Source of the DNA: Camelus dromedarius
Taxonomy: Eukaryota
Assembly (NCBI RefSeq): GCF_036321535.1
Contig: NC_087437.1
Span: forward strand, 58,034,001-58,098,000
Direction: 5' to 3'
DNA length: 64,000 bases
The translations under genes and the position numbers were made by a program. Shown piece by piece: positions 38,250-52,184 of this stretch. The notes under the pieces are model-generated. The model saw only the letters and a program-made list of their open reading frames with translations. It had not been told where the DNA came from and made no database searches. Numbering within the stretch: position 1 is the first letter of the stretch; every line of letters starts with the position of its first letter.

Positions 38250-38610
38250 TTTCATTTCAGAAACCACCCCTTCCCCACTCTCAGTCCACATAAATGGAAG
38301 GGATTTACCTCCCACTGCTCCAGGGGTAATCCCAGCCCTCAGCTATGCGCACTGGCCTGACCATCCCTCTGATCTCAGTGATTGCTTCAGGGCTGGGTAA
38401 CTGACTTTTTCGGAGCCAATGAGACATAAAGGCTCTTGCCAGGAATGCTGGAGAAGAGGCGGAGGTTCCTCTCCTGAACTTGAAACAGAGGCAGGTAAGC
38501 CAACCCACTCCTGGACTTGTCAATGTCGCAGGTCAATAAATTCCTATTTTCATAAGCAGGTTTATGTTGAGTTTTCTGACATGTTGCTGTTGCTGAAATT
38601 CCTAACTGCC
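38250..38610 (+). mobile_element. MLT1J/K-like LTR, internally deleted
   Basis: cagtgattgcttcaggg...gccaatgaga...caataaattcct...gagttttctg...tcctaactg. Confidence 0.6.
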
Positions 38611-39604
38611 AGTTAATGGAGAAAAGGTATCACTGGCCCCTGCTTTCTTCCACTCCTAGCCAATCAGGCATCAGCAGCAGGAAAGATCATCTTGTGGGGT
38701 GTCACGGTGAAGTGGGGGGAAACACTGGCAACATTTTAAAACACATCAGGTTTTCCTGATTTTGTTTCCCTTCCATTTTCTGGTCTTGAAAGCAAAGAGA
38801 TCAGACTGAGCTATGTCGAGGGAAGGAAGAATTCTTTCCTCCTAGGAAAGAACAACCCGAGGAAGATCATGCTAGGAGTCTGAGTGCAACGCCTCCGTGC
38901 TATTCACTAACTACCACACATAACCATGAAAACTGAAGGTAACCTCCCAGATGGGTATCAGTGGCTAGCTAAGCAAACCACCAGAGGAAGCACAGTGGGA
39001 AATGATAAAGCCAATGGAATGGTTAAGTTTGGGGACGATGCTACTAACTGAAAATGTGTCCATGAAATAAAACACTGATTAAGTAGGTCACAGGCTAGTT
39101 GTAAAATGAATGTACCATATTTAGTAATGAAATAAGAGGAGGAAGAGAAGAATGTGTCAGGATCGGGTGGTGAAGGAGACGGACACGGTGACTAAAACAA
39201 TCCAGACTCTGAAAGCCGGCTCCAGCTGAGGTCTGCTGCTCTAATCCTGTCTCCACCAGCACTGGAAACAAACCCCAAGCACAACACAGTACGTGGCTGA
39301 TGCTACCCGGGCTCTAATCACAGAGGGGTTTCCTAGCTATGCCACAGGAGAGGGAAGGCTGCCAACTACCCAGATGAGACACTTGACTCTGCAAACCCCA
39401 CCCCGGCAGCCCTTGACCTCGGCGTGCACTTGGGGTGACGGCCAGGTCCACAGGAAGCAAGAGGAGCTGGCCCTGCTGCAGTCCAGCCGGCGCAGGCCAA
39501 AGCAACCAACCTGCCGCCGACAGCGTTAAGAAGGGAAGAGCCCACTGCTCTCTGGGCCGCCACCAGCCCGGTCTACCAGCTGCTGAACGGAGCAAGGAAA
39601 AGAA

Positions 39605-39682
39605 ATCAAACCGCAGGAAGCGGGGCGGCTGCAGCACGTGCAGTGTACTAGAGGCCCGCGAAGCCGCTCCCAGAGGAAAACA
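39605..39682. promoter_or_regulatory. Enhancer-like motif cluster (RUNX, ETS, GC box, E-box) in a locally CpG-rich patch
   Basis: AACCGCA 39609-39615, CAGGAAG 39614-39620, GGGGCGG 39622-39628, CACGTG 39635-39640. Confidence 0.4.
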
Positions 39683-40679
39683 GACTGTACAGCAATAGCG
39701 CTTGGATGGATGATGCTTGAGTGGAACAAGGGCCCTGAGATTTGTCAGAATGACTTGCTGAAGAAGGGCAATAACAATCATCATAAAATAAGTTAAACAG
39801 CCAAATACTGATGCTCTTGGCCCAGAACTGCTTAGGTACACAGTGATCCACAAACCATGCAATCTGGGCTGCCCCTCACTCTCCGGTGCCCAGAGAGGAC
39901 TTCCCCAACATGAATCAGGACACCTGCATCTGAACCTCAACTCCATCCCCCAACTGAGTCTCCCTGGGAAATGACATCTTCTGACTCTGAGCTTCTTATC
40001 TGTAAAATGGGTAAATAACCCAGAACACTTACAGCATGGTGGGTGCAAGGAGTGGGTGCACTAGACTAGCTGAGGGCTTTGACCGCGCTATCTTTGAATT
40101 TCAAAACACAAAATCCACATTGAAACAGGGAGGTCCAAAGATAGCTTCTCATCATATGCCTTATTTAGGTTAAAATATATTAGTTCCAAACTGGAAATAG
40201 TTTCCTTCTGTAACTCTACTGTTCTCCTTCAAATCAGCATGGCCTTGATCCCCAGAGCAAATATCCAATTCGACTTCTCAACCACACACTATTCAGTTAT
40301 CAGGAACATCTCTTAGCTGTAAAATGGGAATAAAGACCTTTCAGGTTATTATGAGGCCATCAGTGGAGATTATGCAAGGAAAAATTGCCAATTATAAAGT
40401 TTCAGTTCACATGGGAGATGAGCTTGTTCACAAAGGCAGGGCTGAGTCAGTCACTTCTATACACAGTCCACCTTCTGCCCAGCCCACCCACGCTGACAGT
40501 CCCCTAGCATAAAAAGTTGGAAATACTTGTAGATTGAAAGTATCCAGGTTCTTTGGAAAAGGACTGATACTAACTTGTTAAAAATTATGGTCATGGAGTT
40601 GATGAAACCTACTAAATATAGATTACTAATGTCAGAAACACTGGGCTACTGTAGGACACACACTTCCTTTTTCACAACA

Positions 40680-41110
40680 GATCTTTCCCGAGCATGTCCT
40701 GCTTGCCAGGCACTGAGCAGGGTGCTAGGGATACAGTGGCACCAAGCACAACACAGAATCTGTCCTCATGAGGAGCATCTTCTATGGAGAAGCGCTGACA
40801 AGTACAGGTACAGATGTGGGAACAGAACAGAAAACTCTAGCCTCACCTATGGGGTCAGGGAAAGACCTGAAGAATTAGAAGAGGGAGAGGGCAAAGGAAG
40901 CACGTTCCAAGGTTTGGAATCAAGAGGAAGTGAGTCTGGTTAAGGGACCTCAAAGAAACCCAGAGTGGAGAGAGCAAAGAGGGTGGAGGCCCAAGATGAG
41001 GTTGGGGGAGTGGGCAGAGGCCAGGAGGTCCTTAAAGACACTTTTAATTTAATGACACAGGGAGCCATAGGAGGTTTCAAGCAGATGAGTGACATGATGG
41101 GGGCAAAGCT
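40680..41110 (-). mobile_element. L2 LINE 3' region
   Basis: tgccaggcactgagcagggtgctagggatacagtg...ggagccataggaggtttcaagcagatgagtgacatgat. Confidence 0.75.
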
Positions 41111-43479
41111 TTGTGGGGAGAGCAACTAGGTAAACTCTATTGGATGGCTCAAAAGGCATTTCATTAACCAGAAATACTTTGGGGTACTAAATAGAGACAT
41201 CATATGGTACTGAGATATACAGAAAAACTAAGAGCTGAGCTAACCTTGTGACATGTCCTAGACATTTCACTCATTTAATAATCATGATCGAAGTTGGTTT
41301 CTCATAATACTGACATGTGGAAATAATTCTTGCCTTGCTTTTTGGTTGTTTAGATTTAGATAAAGTCTACTCAATTACTACTCAAACCCCTACCTGTTTC
41401 CAAAATAGATTTGAGGCGGTTTACAATAAAAAAAGGCAGAGAGCCTCCAAAACCAAAATGCATCCCAAGGTAAAGGGGAGCTCACTGGGGACCTTCTGCA
41501 CCAGCCCTGGAGGCCTCTGGACCCAAAGGGGCAAAGCTCTGACTTTGGTCCAAACACTTCAATACAGAGAAGAGAATGGGTCCAGGGATGGCTGAAATGA
41601 AGGCACAGAATCAGTTCCCCAGTTCTCTTTAGGCTCATCTCCAGACAAGCCCCACTCCCTCTATCAGAAGAGCCAAATAGAGCAAGAACAATGGAAAATC
41701 AATAATTTGATAGTGTTAAAGATCTCACACTATGTCTTTGAAAACAGAGGCCACAGCTAAGGTTTCACTTCTTCAGAAACACACACGTGCACCCGTTAAA
41801 GATGCCGCTGGATTCTGACCTCTATCGTCTTTTCCCTAATAACACTCAGCCTAAGTAATTAGCTTCCCAAGCCCAACAGATCCCCAAATTGGCAATGCTC
41901 AGCAAAGCACCAAATATGAAATTCACACGTTTAGAAGACACAGATCCCAAGGATGGACCCCCAGCTCCGTCTTACACACCAACCAGCGGGAAGCGCTGAT
42001 GTGCTCTGCTCCCCCATCTCTCCAAAATGAAGCCCTTCCCCGGGCCCCATCTGACTCCGCCCACTGTGACAATGGAAAGGCCACTGTACAGGAAGTTACT
42101 GTTGATACGATCACAGCAGAGTTGTGCAATGTTTACCAGTACTCAAGGGTGTAGCTTCGGACAGTACGGGAAGAGTTTCTCCAATGACAGCACTTGATAA
42201 CTGGAAAAGCCCCAGACACTCCCCAGCTTCATCACGTCCTGGCGCACGAAACAGAGTTAGAGTACGTGTAGGAAATGGAGATGATGGGGACGAAGCTTCC
42301 AGGGAGGTCACTCCCCGGAGGCAGCAGACTCCCCTAGAACACTCCCTCCCTTCTCTTCCGCTCTGGGCACAATATCTAGGTGCTTCTCAAATGTTTACTT
42401 CTAAAATGTCTCCTCCTAGGGCCCCTTCAGACAAACAGGTACTTTCTGGTCACCAGCCCTGGGGAACGGCACCTTCCTGGTGGTTTCCTTACACGCTGAC
42501 CACACCTTTGTACACTGTCCCATAGCAGACCCTCCTCCATTTTCCCTAATTCGGGTGTGCCACCTGGATCCTTCTGAGACCCTGACCAAGACCACACTGA
42601 ACAGTAAGAAAGTGGTTATGTGGCACCTACAACATGAAAACAACAGGTTGCACCATGCTTATTAACTCAATTGCAAGATTTTTCTGTTAATATGCTACCC
42701 ACCAACCATTCCTCTATTCTCCAAATGTCAGCTTCATGAGCACCGACACTGCCAGGTCCCCTAATACCATGCAGAAGGCCTGGCATTTACAAGATACCCA
42801 GACGTTTGCCAAATGGATGGATGAATGAATGAACGAACAAATAAACAGCAAGGTAAAATATTTGATGGAAGAAAAAAGTTAGGAAACCGAATATGAATTA
42901 GGATTAGCATACGGCTGTAGAAAGAAAGAGGGTAACAGAACTAAAGCTTGATTTTTTTGTTGCTGTTGTTGTTATGGGAAGATTGTGGATGGATTTTTAA
43001 TTTTTAATTTTTCATTAAATTTGCAGTGTTTCTCCAGCAATAATACCTTAAAAAGAAAATATTTTTGTGTCACTGAAATCTGAGATGAAAGAAGAAATGT
43101 AAAAAAAAAGCATTTATATATGTTTATGGGTACACAAAGGGAATACTAAAATCAACTTTTTCAAGACACAACCAAATGATTAAACATTTAAGTTGACTTT
43201 CCCTCTGCACATAGCTATTAAAAAGTAATTAAGACTTTCCACTGTGTTAAGCAACCACTTGCCTAACAAAGTTGCCATAATCATGTTAAGACAAGGCAGA
43301 TGGCATCAAATGAGATGCAAATGGGGCATAGTCCCCACATGGATTTACGGTCCACATTTTTACTGCCAACAGTTCTTCCCAAGCAAGGGACAACATGGCT
43401 ACATACGTTCATTTACTTCTACATGTTTCTGAGATGCTACCAAACGAACAGCAAGAGTGCAAACGCTTCTTGACAGATG

Positions 43480-43630
43480 CTAGAGACTTAAGATACTAGA
43501 CCCAGATCAATCAGTAAGTAGCTGTGTGACCCAAAGCAGGTTGTTCTACCTCTCTGGACTCTACTTTCCTCGTGCGTAAAATGAGAGGATCCCTGCCAAA
43601 CGTGGGAGTCCCTACAGTTCTGACATCCTA
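43480..43630 (+). mobile_element. MIR/MIR3 SINE
   Basis: tagctgtgtgaccc...acctctctggactctactttcctcgtgcgtaaaatgag...cagttctgacatcct. Confidence 0.7.
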
Positions 43631-43729
43631 CGCCCACTACCTGTAGTGTTGGGACACCTGATGGCAAAGGTGGACTGTTAATACGTTCCCCAGGAACTGC
43701 CAACTCAGCAGGGCCAACATCAAACTCTC

Positions 43730-44540
43730 TATCTCACTGTGAATCTTGCTCCCCTTTGGTCTCTGTCCCTTTTCCATGCACGCCTCCACCATGTGTTCCT
43801 GTGCTCACGAGAGCAATCTGGCCATCACCTTAGATTTCTGCCTCCCCTTTACCACTCACATCAAACCCCCTCAACTGATCAGTCTTACCTTCTAATTGTC
43901 CCTTGACACTCCCCAGTTTTTTCCATAATTGCTGCTCCTATTCCAGTTCAGGCTCCCATCATCTCTCTCCTGGACCATGGAACACATACCTAACTGGTCT
44001 CCTTCAGCTGGGCTATTTACTCTGTGATCAACATTGCAGCCACAGTGGTCTTCCTAAAGTGCAGTTTGCACCCCTGCTCAAAACCCTTCAACTGCCCTAT
44101 ATCTTGAGGTTGGCCCACAGGCTCTTCATTATCTAGCCCCTGTTGGCTCTCAGTTTCTTCCTCTGTTCCCTCCACTGTTAGCCCACACTAAGTCATTTGC
44201 AGCTCCTCCGGGGGCCATGTTTTCCTTGGGCTCCTAACATAATGTGCCCTCTGGTTAGAAAGCTCTTCCTGGCCCCATTTCCCCTATGTGCTGGTCTGGC
44301 TACTGCCTACTCCTGGTCCCTCAGGCTCCAGCTTTCTCCAAAAACGTCCTTGGGACCCTGAGTCTGGGCTGGGTGCTCTTGCTCTGTGGTCTCAAAGCAC
44401 CTGATGCTTAACACTCAGAATTACGGTAGTCTGTTTCTGAGCGGAAACTTGAGGGCAAAGGCTTGTTCATCACTTTTTTCCAGAATCAAGAATTAAGTCT
44501 GCCCACAGTAATGAATACATGTTTATGGATGAACGCATGA
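43730..44540 (+). mobile_element. L2 LINE 3' region
   Basis: caggctcccatcatctctctcctggac...taactggtctcc...cccctgctcaaaacccttcaa...ttgagggcaaagg. Confidence 0.78.
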
Positions 44541-45660
44541 AAGAGAAAGAGAAGAAGTGAAAGGGGAGGGTGAAACGCAACCAACTTTCAGGCAAGCCTG
44601 AGGGCTGCACTAGTGGGATTCATCTCAGCCAGGACCCCGAGGACTCCAAAAGGGCCTTGCCTGCACACTTATATTTTCTTAGAGTTCTAACTTAGGAGAC
44701 GGAAAGAATTCTGAGATTACCATATCTATTATTTGGGGTGTATTCAAGCTGTATTATCCTCAAGTCATTCCAGATGATTCCAAGGTCATCTTTAAAGGAA
44801 TACCCACAACTACCTAAAACTACCTAGGTCATAGCTTTTTTAAAAAATCCTGAAATTAAGCTTTCAAAGTAATGAAATCTGACAATTATTCTGAGTGTTC
44901 AGAACCATTTCAAACCAGTTACCTTCCATGAAATACGTCATGTGCATACTTTCTCAATTTCTGAAATTTTCTTTAGTGCCACTCCCAGTTCCCTACTCTG
45001 AGCTCGGCCCATCTCAAATATAAAGTCATCCACAAAGGCTTCCCCGCCATCCACATAAGTGACACCAAAGGCCAACTCATCTCACTGTCCTCCCACAAGG
45101 CTTCACACAGAGATCTTCCCATGGTCCACACTTTATCTGTAATTACCCAAATACACATCATTTACGTATAGTTAGTGTACATAACACATTTTACAACATT
45201 TATCTGTAGTTACTCAAATGTTTGCTCAGGATTCAATCTAGCTCAAACTCCCAGCCAATGCATCTTTATTAACAAGAATAACAACTGAGTGACACCAGAC
45301 TACTCAGATAGGGACTGAGGGTTTGGTAAACTCACACACAAGTATTCCAGATTGTTGCATTGGTTTTGCACATCTTTCTCTCCGGCGATTTCCATGACTA
45401 AATTCGGATGGGTATTTTTGTTGTCCAAACTTGGAAGGGCCAAAAATATCAGCTGTTGGGAATGTGGGGTTCTCAAGTAAATCACAACCTCCCTTTCACA
45501 CAAACCTATTGTTGAAAAAGGAAAAAAAACAAAAAAACAGAGAAGTAGCATGATGGTAGAGAGAAAACATGAAATTAGGTAGGGACTGTGCCCCAACTAA
45601 TGTTTACCTTCAGACAGTCCCTCCTCTTTTTCCCATCTCCCAACACCCAAAATGAAAAAA

Positions 45661-45840
45661 GTAGGGGCAGAGAGCTCAGTGGTAGAGTGCCTGCTTAGCA
45701 TGCACGAGGTCCTGGGTTCAATCCCCAGTACCTCCATTAAAAAATTAATAACAAAATAAATAAATCAATAAACCTAATTACCTCTCCAAAATTTTTTTAA
45801 ATAAAAATAACAAAAAATCTAAAAAAAATAAACAAATAAA
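45661..45840 (+). mobile_element. tRNA-Ala-derived camelid SINE (Vic-1-like)
   Basis: agctcagtggtagagtgcctgcttagcatgcacgaggtcctgggttcaatccccagtacctcca, then aataaacctaattacct and an A-rich tail. Confidence 0.92.
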
Positions 45841-46940
45841 GTGAACTAAAAGACTTTAAAAGGCTTGACTCTATGGTGTACTATCTACTTTTAAGTCCTC
45901 TTCCCCCAGGCAAAGTCAGTGGCAGGACTAAGTTATAAAAAAGGTGGACACAGATGAGTGACTTTATAGACCTTTCTCCTCCTACAGAGAAAATTGGACC
46001 AGAAATAAAAAGCTTAACAACTTCTTTGGTATCAGGTCTTTGCCTATTACCTTCTATAGAATAAAGACTTATTCAGCAGCATCTTCTGGTCCAGTTTGCC
46101 CTTTCAGGAAAAACTAACTTTTTGTATAGCCTTCAAAAAACATCCATTAAGCAAGGGAGGCTTTTGAATGTCTGCATTTATATGAACTATGTCTTGCAGA
46201 CCTTACTATGAGAATTCCAATTCCCCTCTTCAGCCCTAGCTGCATGCACACTGATCACGTGGTGGGCAATTTGCGCTAAAGAACGAGATCACTGTGTCAG
46301 CCAAATTCTAAAGGACACCCCCCATCCCCCCATAAGAGACAGAATGAGGTCCTAGATAAGCAATGATCAAACTTCCAGCAGGCATTCTTTATCTCCCTAA
46401 AATTCACTTCGATTCTAAAATACACACAGTGGTTGCTGGCTGAGGCTGAAGGTTAAAGGCACCAAAATAAACTGCGTCTTAGGGGTTAGGAGGGGAGGTG
46501 AAGAAGGACTCTCTCTGCCCGCAGTGGTACTTATTAAAGAGAAAGGAGACATTCCAAGGGACCACAGAGCACATGGGGTTCTTTTTAAGCCAGATGCCAC
46601 CGGCACAAGGGCTGGCAGTACAAACAGTCTTGAAATGAAAGTCTCCAGGGGGACCTTGAGAAGATGGAGAGGCAGGGCCCACGGATGCTCCCAACATCAA
46701 CCAAGATGACAAAGCTGTTGAGCAAAGACAGTGACTGGAACAAACCCCCATCAGGCCTCAAAAAGGCGTTCACTTCTTCCTCCATCTTCTATCTCCAGAT
46801 TCCCTTCTAGCTGATTAGTGAGATTATAATTTCTGCTGGAAATTAAACAGTGATTGCAGAGATTATGCAAATAGGACATCTCAAGACAGGAAACCAATCA
46901 TCGTGCAGCAGGTTGGAAGAAGGGGGTATCTGCTGGAGGC

Positions 46941-46968
<28 letters not shown>
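46941..46968. repeat. Poly-A run (28 nt)
   Basis: Seen directly. Confidence 0.95.
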
Positions 46969-46971
<3 letters not shown>

Positions 46972-47324
46972 CCTTAATCAACTCTTAGGCAGGAGCTTTC
47001 AACAGTTCTAGAGAAATTTCTCCCAAAGCAGATGAATCTTTAACTGGTTAATGTCATAAACAATTAAAATAGATCTTCATTGCCAAGAATATCTCATAGC
47101 AAGAAAGCCTTTTAAGCTTTCCCTTAAACCCACAGAGCAGTCAGCTTGCTCAAAGCCAAATTCTTCAAACGCCAAACCTCGGAGGAGGAGTGGAGAGACA
47201 AGGGTTGGATTAGGAGATCCTGAGCTCGCTAGGATTCCACTAGCTCGCAGGAGGGGCTGCAGGAGGCGTTCCTGCTGCATCAGTGGCTCCTGAACCACTT
47301 TACAAACACACAGTAGTATCTGCG

Positions 47325-47705
47325 ACCGCAAGTTGGGTTCTCCAGAAGCAGAAGCTGAGATGGAATCTGGGGTTGAAGACACTTATTAGGGATGAACCCT
47401 TGTAAAGGGAGGAGGAGGATGCAGGAGTGGGCAGAGGTGGGACTGCAAAGCAACCCAAACCTCAGCCTATCAGTGGGGGCATTCTGGTGTCCGGGGAGCC
47501 TTCATACTCCGTGTCACCAGATGTCACCCCAATGCAGGTGCCCCAGGAAGGGCATGTCCTTAGGATGTGCAGCTTTCTGTGTGGCCCAGCCCAGGGGTCC
47601 CTCACGGAGCTGACAGGTAGTGCAGGGCTGTCTGCAGACCACGCTCTGTGCCACTGTCAGCATACCTTTCCTTCAAAGGGGACCTGAGTGCCCCATCTCT
47701 ACAGC
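47325..47705 (-). mobile_element. ERVL-class LTR (LTR16/LTR33-like)
   Basis: gttgggttctccagaagcagaagctgagatggaat...ttattaggga...caggagtgggcagagg is typical of antisense old ERVL LTRs. Confidence 0.6.
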
Positions 47706-47979
47706 CAGCACAGCACCTCTTCAAAGACATAACCTGCCTTTATATTGATGATTAAACTTAAGAATAGCAAAAGTTTAACTTATATTACTGGGAATACGTT
47801 AACATGAGTAAAAATTAATATGAGTAAAGTTTGCCAATAGGGAAATATTTCCATCTGTACTTAAAATGAGTTGATAATCGTTTTTTCAGATTAAAGGAAA
47901 ATTAATTGCAAGAAAAATGTTGCTATTCCCGTTTACTGAAATTACAAAGAGTTAGATACATCTGTGTCTGTATACTAAG

Positions 47980-48165
47980 ATAGATACAAATGTATATATT
48001 TATATAGAGGATTGCCTGGAAGGATGTTCCCAAAAATGTTCAGGATAATTATTTCTGGGTGCTGAGATGTCAGAGGATTTTTGCTGTCTTCTTAATATCT
48101 TTCAGTATCAATTGGATTTTCTATAATAAAGCATCTATCTTTGTAAAAAGATACAAAAATGCAAA
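47980..48165 (+). mobile_element. L1ME-type 3' end relic
   Basis: ctggaaggatg...aaaatgttcagg...tatttctgggtg...ttttctataataaagcat. Confidence 0.6.
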
Positions 48166-51100
48166 CTCAAAAAGTATGCTCTCTGGACTTCTATATCCCA
48201 CCCATGAATCCAAAGGAGAACCACCATAATAAAAGAAGGAACCCAATACTAGACGAAAGTCTCAGATCTGATAGTGACTCATCATGAGAACAAAGGCTAA
48301 TGAATGGATATATTTGCTGTAAGAAGCCTGTACTGACAAGCATGAAGTTTGAGCTGTCAGTTACCAAAACCCTGCTGGGGAGAAGCAGCCTCTCCAACAG
48401 GTCTTTGCTACAGAAGTTGCTGAAGGTTTTGTCACAAACTGATTAAGCTCGGAGTAAGCAAATCAGTATCTGTGGAGGCAAACCCAGCAGGATGGGCCAG
48501 TGGGAGCCCTCCAAGGCAGATGACAAAATCTTGATCTTGTGAAATTGCATCACTAGAAAAGTATAAATGCAACATGAACAGAAGCCAGTGGCATCAACGT
48601 TGGTGTGCTACTGCCCCAAAGGGCACTGGGCTCTGGCTGTCGTTCTCTGGTGTTTGCCTTTCATCTAGTCTTATAAATAAGCACTGAGACCCAAAGGGAT
48701 TGCAAGCCAACAAAGATCATTCCCATTGCTTCTGATTCCCGAAAAGAACTCCCTGTCTCCCTTTTAGGATGTCACTGGAGTAGCCTCCAAGGTGAGAGCA
48801 AGGATCATGTCTCATTCAGTTATATGTTGCTAATGCCTATTCTACTGCTTGGCACAAAACTGACATTCAGTAATTATTAAGCAAGATGAACACATGAGTG
48901 AACTCATACGCTCCTTGGCTAAGTGCAATGACGCTAAGGATATTAGAAAACAGCATGCAATGCTTAGAAGTAAGGCGAAAGGAGGGCAGCACGTGCTTTT
49001 AACACCATACTCGAGCGTTATCTAGCAGGCACACTCAGGGATTAGTTGGTTCTCTAGGAGTTCTACTTGTGGTTGGTGCTAATTACCAACGATTTGGGTA
49101 CAGACGTTGTGAAGTTACACGTTAACTTGTGATTCTCATCCATTATAGATGCAGATGATTTCTAATTGGTAGAAATGTGAGCCCCAATTGTTACTGCTTT
49201 ATTGCCCTGCAGGATATTAACCAGTTTTGTATCTAACCTAGCAATCTTATTCCAATATTCTTCAGTACCTATAACTACACAGCTGTTCAAATGCTCTTTG
49301 AACCCGCTTTGTTTCCCTACTGGCTCCCTCATTTATGAGTTAAATACTTCTTTGGCATGCTCATTTTATATCTGTATGAGTCATGTTTATAACTTTAAAA
49401 ATATATATACACTGACAAGAGAAATAAAAGAAAAAAGATCTAGTTTCTAACCTCACATGTAAGTAAAACATACTCATAAACATTTATAATTAGGCTAGAA
49501 AGGGTAGTAGAGGTGACAGATATGAAGAGATACCAAGGTACAGGGAATCAAAGAGACCGCCTCTAGCTTAGGTCACAGCTAGGTTTAGTATTTATTATCA
49601 AGACTGTAAATCTTTGGCATTCCCTAAAAGAAGGGGGAAAAGGAAACAATCCTTTAGAAGGCACCTAGAAACATTACACAGCAGCTGTGTCTGCTCTAGT
49701 TCAGTAGGAAGGGTCAGGAGACTGAAATGTCAGTCCCAGGGACGCTGCTGTAATACGAGGAAAGTCACTTCTCACTTCTCTCTGAATGCCAGTTTCCAGC
49801 TCCAAAGTTCTTTGATTACTAAATAGTTCCCTGACTTGAAAGTTAATTCACCTCTGTTCCTGCCACCTCCGTTTTCCAGAGAGGCATCTACTGTGGGAGA
49901 CACGGACAGGAGGGTATTTCGTTTGTAATGATGGTGGTGCTGCTGCCTGAAGGCAACAGTCCAATCTGGATGAAATCTCACAATCCTCTTGGGCTCGGTC
50001 TGTTTGTACGGTTGTCTTTGGGCATCTGAGACCCCTTGTCACAGCAAAGGAGCTGGACATGAGTCAAAATCACTTAGATACATAAGGACACAGGTTCCCA
50101 TGCATGAAAAACCAGGACCAAAGCCTTTAGCATGGGGATATATCAGATCCTTCAGATGAGACATTCCCTTGCCTTTCAAAGTTAGGGTCCAGAGTCTATG
50201 CAGTGAGGTTAATGTGGAATTGTACTGCATTTCCTTAGTTACTATTGTTCATCTCCCAATAATAGACCTCAAGTTCAAACACCATTCAAACATAGTAACT
50301 CATTCTGTGATTTTGCACTAACCATCTCTCGCTTGTAACTATCTGCAATTGGCAAAGTGAACTACAGCAGAGCTAGGGGGTTGAGGGAAATAGAGTTACA
50401 TCGGTTTGTTTTAAAACCGGCCACTGCTGCATCCTGATAAAGTAAAACACACGTTCTGAGGCTGCACTGAGAATCTGTCTATCTCAGCACCTGTGTGTCT
50501 GTGTCCACTTCCCCTCTTCCCATGACTCTGTCTCTCCCATAGCACCCAACGCAGCACCCCAGACAGAGGAGGAGCTCAATAAATATCTGATGAGTAGCTA
50601 AGTGAGAGGACAAATCCATGAATCACGTAGAGATAGGAAAGGACAGAGTATCATTCCTACTCCAAAGAGGTAAAATCTGATACAGAAAGATTTAGTGACA
50701 TGCAAGAGTCAGGAGGCAATTCTTCTGCTCCATCTGGCCCAATTCAGACCCTTCAACGATAATTATATATGTTTCTCGAAGATTAGAGATATTTGAGAAT
50801 TGCGATAAGGGCAATAAATATGATTAAGAGAACAAAAATTGGTTCTGTGAGGGAAATAAAATCACAGCAGCAAAGGTTACATTAGACGAGAGGCAGACCT
50901 TCGGGCTGTCTTCAGGTCCTGGATAAGACTATAAGCTCGATTTAATTACAAACAATAAAACATCCACAACGAAGGGACCTTGACGCTAGACACCCTGCAG
51001 AAAAACAGCACCTTACTTAAACTCTCGGCAAGACACAGTCTACCATTTTTGTCAATGAGGCTCAATTAACAACATTTCTGCTCCCACCCCCAGCACACGT

Positions 51101-51734
51101 ATCTTGGTTGAAAAGCCAAAACCATCCTTGTTGCCAGAAAGAACACGGTCAGCGATCGGTTTCAGTTCTATACTGTGCTCATGAATAAATATCACATCTG
51201 TGACCTTTATCACACCCTCGAGGCAAGGATTATTATGATAAGACCACTGATCAGTGGCCTCCACGTGCACAGCAGGAAAACCCGGATGTGTGGAAGGCCA
51301 TTCTGAAGGGACAAGTGATTAAACATGAAAGAGTTCTCCGAGAAGCCCCTTCCTCACTGATCTTTCAAAACACCATCTGTCTCAGAGGACTCAGGAGGAG
51401 AGCTGTCCAGGCCTGGGACAGCCAGAAATGAGAGTGAGAGCCGTGTGCAGGCTCTGGGAATGCAAGATGCTTTCAAGGCCACGGCAGAGATGGGACTTTG
51501 TCACCTCAAAGCTTCCTTGGAAGCAGCAGCACTATAAATTGCAATAAAAATCACAAACGGCCCTGGCCAACCTATAACTCTTTGGAACATCACCAGAATC
51601 TACATAGATAAGGTGGCCAGGGCAGAGAAGAGTAGCTGAAATTTTGGATAATCCCACACACTTCCCAAGTGGTTGCTTTTCATTTTTTTTTTTTTGAGTC
51701 TTGAACCCCACCAGTTAAATCATTTTCATAATGT

Positions 51735-52045
51735 GAATGGAGTACCTAGCACCACTGAACTGTGAATGGTTATGTTGGTAAATTTTATTTTCTATAAATT
51801 TTACCACAAAGTTTGAAAAAGGAAAAAAAAAAATTTAGGGGAAAATTATAGCTCTGGGATTTGTTTTAGAATAATCCAGGGTGGGAGGGTGGAGGTTACT
51901 GATGAAACAAAACCAGTTGAGTTGATAACAACAGAAGCTAAGTGATGGGGAAGCGGGGATTCATTTCACTGGTCTTTTATATTTTTGAAGTTCCCCCAAA
52001 TATATTTTATATTTTTAAAGTTCTCCCAAATAAAAAAATTTCAAC
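51735..52045 (+). mobile_element. L1M-type 3' end relics with a local 30-bp tandem duplication
   Basis: cactgaactgt...ggtaaattttat; ctgggatttgttttagaataatcc; gaagctaagtgatgggg; ttttatatttttRaagttcYcccaaata at 51975-52002 and 52005-52032. Confidence 0.7.
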
Positions 52046-52184
52046 AGGGCTTTAGCGCAAACCACCCCAACCAAATTTATTACTTCACCAGCTGTTTTAC
52101 TTTTAAGTAGAAATGAAAAGCAGCTTATTTTTCAAATGCTAACAGTTCTGAGACCTACTTCACCTGCTGTAGTTCTAGAACGGA

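Noticed and set aside
39314..40048. 244-aa minus-strand ORF, the longest in the track
   Set aside because: No recognisable domain; it starts within a MIR-like sequence and crosses a GC-rich patch where long chance ORFs are expected
45661..45736. tRNA-Ala(AGC)-like sequences (also near 3680, 8105 and 28750) as tRNA genes
   Set aside because: The acceptor stems are disrupted, they carry A-rich SINE tails (two share aataaacctaatta) and one has a TSD, so they are tRNA-derived SINEs
49848..50030. Minus-strand open stretch containing QQHHHH as a coding exon
   Set aside because: Weak acceptor and donor (gtgaat) and an unrecognised peptide
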